DNA of 64,000 nucleotides from Candidatus Omnitrophota bacterium (lineage in GTDB: Bacteria; Omnitrophota; Gorgyraeia; Gygaellales; Profunditerraquicolaceae): the NCBI GenBank assembly GCA_018822885.1, contig JAHJJA010000149.1:771-64770 (forward strand), given 5' to 3'. Within the stretch, counting starts at the first letter, position 1; the number at the start of each line of letters is the position of its first letter. Made by a program: the position numbers and the translations under genes. The notes under the pieces were generated by a model. It did not search any database and was not told where the DNA came from. It saw only the letters and a program-made list of their open reading frames with translations. Of the stretch, positions 1 through 8,551 are shown piece after piece.

Positions 1-127
1 TTACCTTTGGGTCTATTCTAACAATCCTGTATTTCTTTGGTCTGCCTCGAGCTTGCATTTACTTAACCTTACCTACTTTTAACCCCGTATTTATAATGAG
101 TACATACTCTTTAATAATTATTTTAAA

Positions 128-152
128 GGGCCTGCAAACCGCAGGCCCTTTT
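128..152. terminator. GC-rich hairpin GGGCCTGC-aaacc-GCAGGCCC followed by TTTT on the plus strand and TTTAAAAT on the minus strand. Probably a bidirectional intrinsic terminator, sitting 34 nt downstream of the 186..440 minus-strand gene.
   Basis: Perfect 8-bp inverted repeat with a 5-nt loop and a flanking T-run, read directly. Confidence 0.55.
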
Positions 153-185
153 GTTACCGAAGCAACACACTAATACATACGAAAA

Positions 186-440
186 CTACCTTTTCATCAT
201 CTTCGGCTGATACTTTAAAACGATAGGACAAGGACCTTTTTTGACAGAAAGTTTATAGAACGCCTTTCCAACTATTGTCAATACAGCTAAAGCAATGATC
301 AGAGTCCCTATAGCAAACCCGATACTCCTTAAATTCTTTTCTTCCCTGTTTGCAAAATAAAGAACGATATAGCCTAAAGCAAGAGCTACTAATAAATCCG
401 AGAAACCGGCACCACCCATGCAACCCATCGCCCTCATCAT
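186..440 (-). CDS. Small hydrophobic membrane protein, hypothetical.
   Basis: 84-aa ORF with two predicted TM stretches (LLVALALGYIVLYF, FAIGTLIIALAVLTIVG). No recognisable family. Confidence 0.35.
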   Translation of the reverse strand: MMRAMGCMGGAGFSDLLVALALGYIVLYFANREEKNLRSIGFAIGTLIIALAVLTIVGKAFYKLSVKKGPCPIVLKYQPKMMKR

Positions 441-455
441 CTTCCTCCTCCTTTT

Positions 456-641
456 TTAAATTTCCGTTTCTTTTATTAACTTGCGGTAATACTCAACGCA
501 CTCGTGGCAGGTTTTTCCATCCTTCTTCCATTCCGGATGATCACGCAAGATCAGCTCCATTATATACTCCTCTGCCTTGGCGTGCGCAAGGCTGGCAAAC
601 TCATCAATATCCCGATTGCAAATCTGGCATCTGTATTTCAT
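456..641 (-). CDS. Small zinc-ribbon protein (CxxC ... CxxC). Start taken at the internal Met (MKYRCQICN).
   Basis: CQIC ... CHEC pairs. TAATG stop/start overlap with the upstream 641..826 gene suggests translational coupling. The longer ORF-track start would overlap that gene by 46 nt. Confidence 0.45.
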   Translation of the reverse strand: MKYRCQICNRDIDEFASLAHAKAEEYIMELILRDHPEWKKDGKTCHECVEYYRKLIKETEI

Positions 642-826
642 TATCTTAAGCAATCGCTGCGCCAACAGCAGGCCATCTGAACGCAAACCCCGCTTTTAGG
701 CGTCCCAAAACAAGGATAGTTCCCTTCGACCTTCTGAATAGATTTTATAAGGTCCTTTTTTGAAAATTTCCAGGTATCCTTTACGCCTGCCCCCCTAGCC
801 TTCTTTTCAATCTCTGACAACCTCAT
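641..826 (-). CDS. Small protein with a Rho_N-like (Rho termination factor N-terminal / SAP-like) helix-turn-helix domain and a Cys-rich C-terminus.
   Basis: N-terminus LSEIEKKARGAGVKDTWKFSKKDLIKSIQK resembles the Rho_N motif (L..LR..A..LGI.G.S.M.K.ELI.AI). C-terminus has 5 Cys. Confidence 0.45.
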   Translation of the reverse strand: MRLSEIEKKARGAGVKDTWKFSKKDLIKSIQKVEGNYPCFGTPKSGVCVQMACCWRSDCLR

Positions 827-845
827 CTCTCCCTCCTCCTTTTTG

Positions 846-1232
846 TTATACCTTGCAAACCAAATCGTGCTGCCTGACCCTAGATGCCACTAAAAGACCT
901 ATTTCCTGACCCTTCTTTGCCTCATCTATAATCTCGTGATCTAACTGCATAGAAACTACACCTTGAGTAAAATCAGTAGTGTGCCCTTTAATCTTAATTG
1001 TATCTCCTGCCTTTAAGGGCCCCTTAAGTTTCACCACAGCCGCTCTTACCTTTGGGAAATAATGCGTGATCACCCCAATTACGTTTTCTTTGATACGGGG
1101 CTTCTTCGCAACAGGCTTTTTTACCGGCTTCTTTATTGCTCTTTTCTTAATAGCCGGCTTTTTCTTTATTGACCTCTTAACCGACTTTTTCTTGGCTGCT
1201 TTCTTTATTACCTTCTTCTTTTTTACCGGCAT
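846..1232 (-). CDS. Lysine-rich histone H1-like basic N-terminal tail fused to a small beta-barrel domain resembling EF-Tu/IF2 domain 2.
   Basis: The first about 55 aa are roughly 50% Lys/Arg (KKKKVIKKAAKKKSVKR...). The C-terminus IGVITHYFPKVRAAVVKLKGPLKAGDTIKIKG...EIGLLV matches the G.V..G.i..G..i.i.g domain-2 barrel pattern. Confidence 0.5.
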   Translation of the reverse strand: MPVKKKKVIKKAAKKKSVKRSIKKKPAIKKRAIKKPVKKPVAKKPRIKENVIGVITHYFPKVRAAVVKLKGPLKAGDTIKIKGHTTDFTQGVVSMQLDHEIIDEAKKGQEIGLLVASRVRQHDLVCKV

Positions 1233-1263
1233 TGCAACCCCCCTTCACAAAAAGAATCACCTA

Positions 1264-1590
1264 TTAGAGGCTGATTTTCTCTGCTGCGTTAGAAATCCAG
1301 GGCAAGCCGAAGAAAACGCCTTTATAGGCATTATATGCCCCCAGCAAAGAAACAACTATAAAAATCGCCACGCCAAACACTCTATAGAACCAGCCTAAAG
1401 GCGGCACGATAGAAAAAATAAAACCGACGACTTCAATGACGAAAAGCACCAGGCCCTGCTTGGCGTGATAAAGAACAAATTTATTATCTTTTTTTAAGAG
1501 CAGACTTACAACACAAAGAAAACTTATATATGAAATAACGGCAAAAAATTTGCCTTCCTCTACCTCTTTATTCCTTATAGCCTCTTTCAT
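1264..1590 (-). CDS. DUF4870-like small integral membrane protein.
   Basis: 108 aa, three TM segments, with a KFVLYHAKQGLVLF motif typical of that family. Confidence 0.5.
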   Translation of the reverse strand: MKEAIRNKEVEEGKFFAVISYISFLCVVSLLLKKDNKFVLYHAKQGLVLFVIEVVGFIFSIVPPLGWFYRVFGVAIFIVVSLLGAYNAYKGVFFGLPWISNAAEKISL

Positions 1591-1602
1591 TTAAAGGAGT
1601 TC

Positions 1603-2706
1603 TTAAGCTGTTTTCTTGCTCGCTACCTCAAGCAAAGAATCCATTTGGCCGTAAGGATTCATTTCACTCAAAGGATTTCCTGAATCTTCGGTCCATTTGC
1701 CATCTATAACAAAACGATAGTGATACCTTCCTTTGGCAAGATTTACACTCTTTCTCCATGTACCGTTATCCGCTTTTTCCATGCGGCCGGAATCGCCTAG
1801 CTGCCAGTTGTTAAAATCACCGGCAACATATACCTCTTTGGCATCAGGGGCAGAGATTGAAAGCACCACTTCAGAGAGCCTGGGCAGTTTCTCTTTGATC
1901 ATTTCCGACATCTTTTTTTCAAGCTTCTTCGTCGTAACTTCTACAGCCGGTTCATCCATCATGATCATTTCACGGGAAAGGCTGAAGTAATCTTTTGCGC
2001 CGCGGCAATATTTATCAAAGTTTAAGATATGCGTGCCTTCATTCTGGGCCTCTTTAAGCTTGACATTCACGTGGATAATATTACTAAAGAGCTTTCCCGC
2101 GAAGGTAGCCTTTATCTTATCCAGCATCTTAAAAGAATGCCTTAGGCGGGAATCAAAGTTAGTCACCAGTATTTTATATTTCACCTCGTGAGAAAGCCTG
2201 TCTCTTACCAGCTCGATTATTCCTACTAACTGACCCAAGCCTTCAAGAGAGAATCTGCTAGCCTCAACAGGAATGATTATCTCCCTGCTTGCGCGGATCG
2301 CATTGATAGTCAAGATGCCTAGATTCGGGGGGCAATCAATAAGGACATAATCATAACTGCCCTTAAAACCATTCAAGACTTCCCAAAGACGGGATTCCCT
2401 TCCGATTTCTCCGGAAAGCTCCTGCTCAAGAGTACTTAATATAATACTTGAAGGCGCAATATCAAAATTTGCGCCGATATTCTGGATTATATTCTCAAGG
2501 CGGGCTTTTTTATTTGTAAGCTTTGAAAGGACATTATAGATGCTAAACTCGGATTTGATGTTGAGCCCTAAAGTCGCGTGAGACTGCGGATCAAGGTCTA
2601 TTAATAGGATCTTCTTGCCGTTTACTGCCAGATTTGCCGCCAGATTTATTGCAGTAGTAGTCTTACCGCATCCACCCTTTTGATTCGTGATGGAAATAAT
2701 GCGCAT
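1603..2706 (-). CDS. ParA/MinD-family P-loop ATPase fused to a C-terminal CBM48 (AMPK-beta-type) glycogen-binding domain.
   Basis: N-terminus MRIISITNQKGGCGKTTTAINLAANLA (deviant Walker A) followed by a ParA fold. C-terminus VYVAGDFNNWQLGDSGRMEKADNGTWRKSVNLAKGRYHYRFVIDGKWTEDSGNP matches the CBM48/AMPK1_CBM signature. Confidence 0.85.
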   Translation of the reverse strand: MRIISITNQKGGCGKTTTAINLAANLAVNGKKILLIDLDPQSHATLGLNIKSEFSIYNVLSKLTNKKARLENIIQNIGANFDIAPSSIILSTLEQELSGEIGRESRLWEVLNGFKGSYDYVLIDCPPNLGILTINAIRASREIIIPVEASRFSLEGLGQLVGIIELVRDRLSHEVKYKILVTNFDSRLRHSFKMLDKIKATFAGKLFSNIIHVNVKLKEAQNEGTHILNFDKYCRGAKDYFSLSREMIMMDEPAVEVTTKKLEKKMSEMIKEKLPRLSEVVLSISAPDAKEVYVAGDFNNWQLGDSGRMEKADNGTWRKSVNLAKGRYHYRFVIDGKWTEDSGNPLSEMNPYGQMDSLLEVASKKTA

Positions 2707-2724
2707 AAAGATACTCCTTTCTTT

Positions 2725-3288
2725 TTACTTCAATAATCTCACGTTGTCTATGTAAACTACACCCTTCTTCTCTCTTGCGTTCCACTCCTCAACGGCAAAA
2801 GAAAGGTTCTCCATCTGTGACCAGTCGCTGATCCCCTTAAACTGAGACAAGTCTATTTTGTAATCAGTCCATTTATGAGGAATATTCCTAAAATAGACTT
2901 CTGATTTCTCCCTGTAATTACTGGTAAACTCGACGCGTAAAGTAATGTTATCCTGAAAATTGGCTTTCTTCACAGCAAAACCTACTTTGCTGTAACGGCT
3001 GACATCCAGTTTATTTAAATTAAGGGTAAAGATTTCTTTTTTGGCGGGATCGAAATTAAAATTTATCTTCAGGGCTTCGGGGGCCAATATAAGCTCTACT
3101 TCTTTGTTAAGAGATCTATTTTTCGGAACAAAAAAAACCAGTGTCGTGCCTAAACCGAATAAAAAGATCAAAGCGCCCGTAAAAATATTCTTTATGAGTA
3201 CTGAATCGACCTTAGATTTATTATCTTTTTTTGAAGAGGCATCCAGATAGATCTTCGCCAGATGCTCGTATATATCTTTCTTATCCAT
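2725..3288 (-). CDS. Membrane-anchored hypothetical protein with one N-proximal TM and a beta-sandwich (CBM-like?) C-terminal domain. Co-operonic with the GH57 and ParA-CBM48 genes.
   Basis: TM IFTGALIFLFGLGTTLVFFV. C-terminal ...EEWNAREKKGVVYIDNVRLLK resembles the terminal strand of carbohydrate-binding beta-sandwiches. Gaps of 18 and 65 bp to its neighbours. Confidence 0.5.
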   Translation of the reverse strand: MDKKDIYEHLAKIYLDASSKKDNKSKVDSVLIKNIFTGALIFLFGLGTTLVFFVPKNRSLNKEVELILAPEALKINFNFDPAKKEIFTLNLNKLDVSRYSKVGFAVKKANFQDNITLRVEFTSNYREKSEVYFRNIPHKWTDYKIDLSQFKGISDWSQMENLSFAVEEWNAREKKGVVYIDNVRLLK

Positions 3289-3353
3289 ATCGGAATTTTA
3301 TAACACAAAACCCTTGTTATGTCAATAGGTTATTGACTTATTAAAAGAATTTC

Positions 3354-4925
3354 TTATTCGATGGGCCTTTGTAAATACTCCGGGGTTTCTTTACCTATAA
3401 TATTGTAGAAATTTGACATATGGACCCGAAACAACCTATCGAAACTACCTCCCGGATCTTCACCATACCACCAAAACCAATCGCTTCCCTCTAGTATATG
3501 CATCTGCTTCCACGCCAAACTTAAGTCCTTACCTGCCCCAAGTTTATCGAAGGGTGAGTTTGCAACCTCCTCCAATTCTTTCCTTGCCTTGGCTAAATAC
3601 TCCCATGCGCGCACCTTTTGGGGCATCCCGATCCATTTACCGAAATCTCCGAAAATCCATGAACCGGCAGCAAGCCTTTTAATATTAAACTGTGGCGGAA
3701 ATTCTTTAAGATACTCGCTAACAGTTACGGATTTAATATTCCTGGATTCCGATAATCCCTGATAAAGCGCATTTAAGAAATCATGCCCGTCATTCGCGTA
3801 ATATTCCCAGGCATTCTCTCCATCCATAGCGATAGTGACAAGGCTGTCTTCATCCTTAAACGCCTTTGCCGTATTCTCCAAATGCTTGATGAAATCCTTC
3901 GCCGCATCATTCGGGTCCCATTTATGATAAACAAAACCTATTAAATCAGAAAGGTTCCTATCGCGAAAAATTATATTTAATTCTCCATCTTTTCTTTTTA
4001 ATAAATGCGGCTGATAAAGTAGGCCCGTATCCCGCTTCTTTCTCCTCAATGATTTAAAAAGGATGGCCTCATCCGTGACTATCCACTTGATGCCGCATTG
4101 CATAAAAAACGGGAGTATCTCTTCGCATACAGACTCCTCCGATGGCCACATACCGCAAGGCATAATTCCAAACCTCTGTTTATAAAACTCAACCGCGCTC
4201 TCAACTTGTTCTTTTGCATCCTGGGGAAAAGAAAATTCTATTCTCGGCAAGAGTGTCTTAGGATTAGCCTCCTTCGCCAGGTTAGTGCTGTAGAGTAATG
4301 GTAAAATAGGATGATAATACGGAGTAACCGAGACTTCGATCTGCCCCTTTTTAATCGATCTATTGTAACCGGGAATTATATCTTTTAGAATCTCAAGGTG
4401 CTTATCAAGGACAGCATGCTTTTCATCTTCGGTGAAATAACGCGCCTTTCTTACTGCGTTTCGTAACTCCGGAAAGCCCTCCCTGAAAGACGGGTCGATC
4501 CAGGCTAAATTAAATAATACCTGCAGATCAAGATAGTCCTGCGTATCGAATTGACAATGGCCTTGTTTTTTAAAATACAGTTCATAATAACGAGGAAAAA
4601 CGGAAACGACTTTATCAGGGTTGATTGAAAAGAAATTTTGCAGGATAAATTCTTTCTCCTGATAAGAGAGCTCTTCTGCTTTCTTATAAGAGAACTCTAA
4701 AAACTTATCTTTTACGGCGTGATTATTATAATCCTCTATCTGTTCGAATAAAGACGGGACAATATTAAAGGTCTGATGTATCGCGGGATAATTATCAAGG
4801 ATCTGCACCATATCCAGGTAATCCTTGACTCCGTGAAGCCGCACCCAAGGAAGCTCTGACTCCTGCGTCAGGATATTCTTGTAATACGGCTGGTGCATGT
4901 GGAAGATAAATGCGAGATATAACAT
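3354..4925 (-). CDS. Glycoside hydrolase family 57 alpha-glucan-active enzyme (AmyC-like alpha-amylase / 4-alpha-glucanotransferase type).
   Basis: N-terminal LYLAFIFHMHQPYY ... WVRLHGVKDY is the GH57 HxHQP signature. 523 aa is a typical length. Confidence 0.8.
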   Translation of the reverse strand: MLYLAFIFHMHQPYYKNILTQESELPWVRLHGVKDYLDMVQILDNYPAIHQTFNIVPSLFEQIEDYNNHAVKDKFLEFSYKKAEELSYQEKEFILQNFFSINPDKVVSVFPRYYELYFKKQGHCQFDTQDYLDLQVLFNLAWIDPSFREGFPELRNAVRKARYFTEDEKHAVLDKHLEILKDIIPGYNRSIKKGQIEVSVTPYYHPILPLLYSTNLAKEANPKTLLPRIEFSFPQDAKEQVESAVEFYKQRFGIMPCGMWPSEESVCEEILPFFMQCGIKWIVTDEAILFKSLRRKKRDTGLLYQPHLLKRKDGELNIIFRDRNLSDLIGFVYHKWDPNDAAKDFIKHLENTAKAFKDEDSLVTIAMDGENAWEYYANDGHDFLNALYQGLSESRNIKSVTVSEYLKEFPPQFNIKRLAAGSWIFGDFGKWIGMPQKVRAWEYLAKARKELEEVANSPFDKLGAGKDLSLAWKQMHILEGSDWFWWYGEDPGGSFDRLFRVHMSNFYNIIGKETPEYLQRPIE

Positions 4926-4927
4926 TT

Positions 4928-4964
4928 ATAAAAAAACCCCCGGGAGATTTCTCTCCCGAGGGTC
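4928..4964 (-). terminator. Intrinsic terminator for the outer-membrane-protein gene. On the minus strand the hairpin CCCTCGGGAGAGAAATCTCCCGGGGG is followed by TTTTTTT.
   Basis: Stem-loop plus T7 tract read directly. The T-tract runs straight into the GH57 ATG at 4925. Confidence 0.6.
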
Positions 4965-4984
4965 TTTGTTTTTACATGAACTGC

Positions 4985-6340
4985 TTAGAAAGTAACCTTC
5001 ATTGAACCAACTAATTCGGTAGCAACGCTTCTGTTTCCGTGATCAGTGCAATCCTGCTTATCGAATGCGCCACCCGGCATAAATATGCCGCCTAAGAGGT
5101 TGAACTGCACATCTTCAGTGTAATCATAAGTCAATGTGGCATCGATTTCCGAGCCGACATATTTTTTATGATTCATTGTGATGGTATCGCCTCTTAATGT
5201 TTGGAGTACCTGTTTGTCACCGTATTTCTTATCCCACCAATAGGCAAAATACTCGCCTTTTACGGTAAGATCGTCCTTAGGCTTGAATACGACGTTTCCG
5301 CCTAATACGTGCGCATTGCTTTGAGGAATCAATGCATTGGCAATGTCACCGGTTTTCTGGTCCTCAAACATCGGATCCCAACCTCTGTAGTAATTCTTGT
5401 TACCCTTGTTTCCCTGGAAGAAGCAATAAATACCAGTGACGGTCGGGCTGTACTTTACATTCTTCAGGTTATAAGAAACCATAACCTCGCCGCCAAAAGC
5501 CCCTCTTGACTGAACATCAGTCTTTGAAAGAGCGCCGGTGTTGTACTTACCAAGCTGATAAGCTGCTTCGACTGAATAGGTCAATGCATCAAGCGGTGCA
5601 CCTGCTATACGCACGCCGGGAACAATGACTTTGTCAGACTTGCTGTGTCCGGAAGCAACCTGATAATTCTTTTTTCTTGTTTCTTTTGCCCAGACATAAC
5701 CTTCGATTGTGGTCTTTTTATCAAGCATGTAATTAGCGTTGATACCATAAAGGTTGATGTCATCGTTATTGTTAAGTACTTTTTCGCTAACCTTAGCCAG
5801 TACAACATCAATGACTAAAGGATCATAGTTCAATGTAGCACGGACCGCGTCAAATGACTTGCGAGTGCTAAGATCCCAATCGCGTCCTGCACCACCAAAT
5901 GCGCTGGAGGTAGGTGCGGATTCAGGAAATGATGTTCCAATGATCATAGCATTTCCGAAACGAAGCTCCTGGCGACCGATAGTCAAGGTCAAAGGTGAAT
6001 ACAGGAACTCTTTCAATGTCGCATAGGCTAAATCGATATCGATCTTGGAGTTATTTGTTGTAGCATCATCATCCTGATTACCCCAATATCTGTCGTTTAA
6101 AAGCCTTACGGTTGTAGACACATTGTCAGTAAGGTCTGCATCAACTCTTACGCGGACAATGCTTGCGAAAGCTCTCTCATCCTTAAGACCAGCCTTTGAA
6201 TCTAAACCAAAGTTATTGCGAGCGATGCCGTACATGTTCAAATCACCGCTAACTTTAACATTCTGCACTTCGGCGTATGCGGCAAAAGCAATACCGACCA
6301 CAAACGCTAAGGCCAGAACTAACATTAAATGTTTCTTCAT
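4985..6340 (-). CDS. Outer-membrane beta-barrel protein (porin-like) with a signal peptide.
   Basis: Signal peptide MKKHLMLVLALAFVVGIAFAAYA. Alternating amphipathic strands. C-terminal ...SMKVTF ends in Phe, as OMP barrels typically do. Confidence 0.6.
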   Translation of the reverse strand: MKKHLMLVLALAFVVGIAFAAYAEVQNVKVSGDLNMYGIARNNFGLDSKAGLKDERAFASIVRVRVDADLTDNVSTTVRLLNDRYWGNQDDDATTNNSKIDIDLAYATLKEFLYSPLTLTIGRQELRFGNAMIIGTSFPESAPTSSAFGGAGRDWDLSTRKSFDAVRATLNYDPLVIDVVLAKVSEKVLNNNDDINLYGINANYMLDKKTTIEGYVWAKETRKKNYQVASGHSKSDKVIVPGVRIAGAPLDALTYSVEAAYQLGKYNTGALSKTDVQSRGAFGGEVMVSYNLKNVKYSPTVTGIYCFFQGNKGNKNYYRGWDPMFEDQKTGDIANALIPQSNAHVLGGNVVFKPKDDLTVKGEYFAYWWDKKYGDKQVLQTLRGDTITMNHKKYVGSEIDATLTYDYTEDVQFNLLGGIFMPGGAFDKQDCTDHGNRSVATELVGSMKVTF

Positions 6341-6565
6341 TTTGTCTAACCTCCTTAAGAGTAAAATACCAAACTATATTTAACTAGGCTTTCAATGTCC
6401 TAGATAATTACTATATATAGTATATCACCGGATCTTGGCTGACCTTGGACTTGTTTTTATCCTCACCCTCCTCTCCGTCCGAGATTAAAGTCATCTCCAG
6501 TGGTATATCCAAATTTGACTTATTTTTTCACATAACCCCTTACTTGTCAAGAGTTTTTTTAGAAA

Positions 6566-7771
6566 TTACTTTTTAAGCGCCTCTTTGAATTTCCTGGTTA
6601 AAGCAGGAATAACCTGGAAAAGGTCACCGACAATGCCATAAGTAGCTACCTTAAAAATAGGCGCGTCAGGGTCCTTATTTATGGCAATGATGATTTTTGA
6701 GGATTGCATACCCACCAAATGTTGGATTTGGCCTGAAATACCGCAGGCAAAGTAGATCTTAGGAGAAACGGTACGTCCGGTTTGACCGACTTGATGCGAA
6801 TAAGGCATCCAGCCGGAATCTACTGCCGCGCGGGAAGCACCAACCGCAGCGCCCAAAACATGGGCAAATTCTTCCAAAAGCTTAAAGTTTTCAGGACAAC
6901 CAATGCCCCGGCCCCCGGAAACAATGATATCTGCCTCCGCTATATTCACCAGAGACTCAATCTCTTCTACTATATCTAAAAGCTTTGTGCGTGAAAAATA
7001 AACTGAATTATTAAAACTTTCTTTGATGATCTTACCCTTACGATGTTTGTCCGGGGCCATCGGCTGGAAAACTTTATGGCGGACCGTAGCCATCTGTGGC
7101 CGGTAATTCGGGCTGATGATTGTTGCCATGATATTTCCGCCAAAAGCAGGCCGTGTCTGTAAAAGAATCTTTTTTTCAGGATCGATATCTAAACCGGTAC
7201 AATCAGCGGTCAAGCCGGCTTTGATATTTATCGCAACGCGAGAGATCAAAGAACGGCCAATAGCGGTTGCGCCGCATAAAAGGATCTCCGGCTTATATTT
7301 CTTTACTAACTCTACTAAAATATTCGTATAAGGCTCATCCTGAAAATTCGCTATCTCCGGAGCCTCTACCAAATAGATATTATCCGCGCCATGCCAAATC
7401 AATTCATCAAGCTGATCTTCCATATTATTACCGATCAGAACACCGCTGACCTGGCAATTCAATTTCCTGGCTAATTCCTGCGCCTTGCCCAAAAGCTCAT
7501 AAGAGACCGATTGGACCTTGCCGTTTTTTTGCTCAATAAAAACCCATATACCTTTATAATCTTTAATATTCGGCAATTCGCACTTTGCCGGGGTCTTCTC
7601 TAAAAGGATAGCCTTGAATTTACATGCCGGCACACAAGCGCCGCAAAGGGTGCATTTATTAAGGTCTATCTGCGCCTTCTTGTCCATAATACGAATAGCA
7701 TCAAACGGACAAGCCTTGACGCAAAGAGTGCACCCGGTGCATTTTTCGATTATGATCTGGATAGACATCAA
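6566..7771 (-). CDS. etfA: Electron-transfer flavoprotein alpha subunit with an N-terminal 2x[4Fe-4S] ferredoxin domain.
   Basis: [12 protein letters not shown] and [12 protein letters not shown] motifs, then an EtfA/FixB fold and a C-terminal FAD-binding region. Confidence 0.85.
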   Translation of the reverse strand: MMSIQIIIEKCTGCTLCVKACPFDAIRIMDKKAQIDLNKCTLCGACVPACKFKAILLEKTPAKCELPNIKDYKGIWVFIEQKNGKVQSVSYELLGKAQELARKLNCQVSGVLIGNNMEDQLDELIWHGADNIYLVEAPEIANFQDEPYTNILVELVKKYKPEILLCGATAIGRSLISRVAINIKAGLTADCTGLDIDPEKKILLQTRPAFGGNIMATIISPNYRPQMATVRHKVFQPMAPDKHRKGKIIKESFNNSVYFSRTKLLDIVEEIESLVNIAEADIIVSGGRGIGCPENFKLLEEFAHVLGAAVGASRAAVDSGWMPYSHQVGQTGRTVSPKIYFACGISGQIQHLVGMQSSKIIIAINKDPDAPIFKVATYGIVGDLFQVIPALTRKFKEALKK

Positions 7772-8550
7772 TGAACCTCGTCTTTAATCAAGCTTACCAA
7801 TTTCTCGGCTACTTCAGGGATCTCTCCCGACAAGATCTGTCCGCCAGCCCTCTGGGGAGGAGTAAAAATCTTTACCACCTGCGTCGGGGAACCGCACAAA
7901 CCAATACTCTGCGGATCTAAATTAAGCTCCTTCTGTGTCCACACGGTTATCTTGGCTGATTTTGCCTTCATCATACCTTTCAAAGAAGGAAGCCGCGGTT
8001 CATTTATCTCTTTGACCACGGTCAATAGCGCAGGCAAAGGGATTTCAATTACCTCGTAGCCTTCCTCCATCAGTCTCTCCACACGCATAGTCTTATCCTT
8101 TACCTCTTCCACCTTTTTTACATAAGTAACTTGGGGGATGTCTAAATGAGTTGAAATACCTGGCCCAACCTGCGCGGTATCGCCGTCTGAAGCCTGTTTT
8201 CCGCAAATAATCAAATCAAATTCGCCCAGCTTCTTAATAGCTCCGGATAAAGTGTAGCTTGTGGCCCAAGTATCACTTCCGGCAAATGCGCGATCGCCCA
8301 CAAGTACTGCCTCGTCACAACCAAGTGAGATCGCTTCGCGTAAAGCTGCTTCTGCCTGAGGCGGACCCATCGTAAGAACAGTGACCTTGCCTCCGAATTT
8401 CTCCTTAAGCCGCACCCCCTCCTCTATCGCGTACATATCAAAAGGGTTTATTATAGATTTTACTCCCTCGCGGATAAGTGTGTTTGTCTCTGGATTGATC
8501 CGGACTTCGGTAGTCTCTGGGACCTGCTTTATGCAGACGATTATATTCAT
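7768..8550 (-). CDS. etfB: Electron-transfer flavoprotein beta subunit.
   Basis: MNIIVCIKQVPETTEVRINPETNTL... is the typical EtfB/FixA N-terminus. ATGA overlap with etfA. Confidence 0.85.
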   Translation of the reverse strand: MNIIVCIKQVPETTEVRINPETNTLIREGVKSIINPFDMYAIEEGVRLKEKFGGKVTVLTMGPPQAEAALREAISLGCDEAVLVGDRAFAGSDTWATSYTLSGAIKKLGEFDLIICGKQASDGDTAQVGPGISTHLDIPQVTYVKKVEEVKDKTMRVERLMEEGYEVIEIPLPALLTVVKEINEPRLPSLKGMMKAKSAKITVWTQKELNLDPQSIGLCGSPTQVVKIFTPPQRAGGQILSGEIPEVAEKLVSLIKDEVH

Positions 8551-8551
8551 G

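Noticed and set aside
1-127. An open frame from the window edge (frame 3) that could be the C-terminus of a plus-strand gene.
   Set aside because: The frame reads straight through the strong terminator hairpin at 128..152 and has no recognisable protein features, so there is insufficient evidence.
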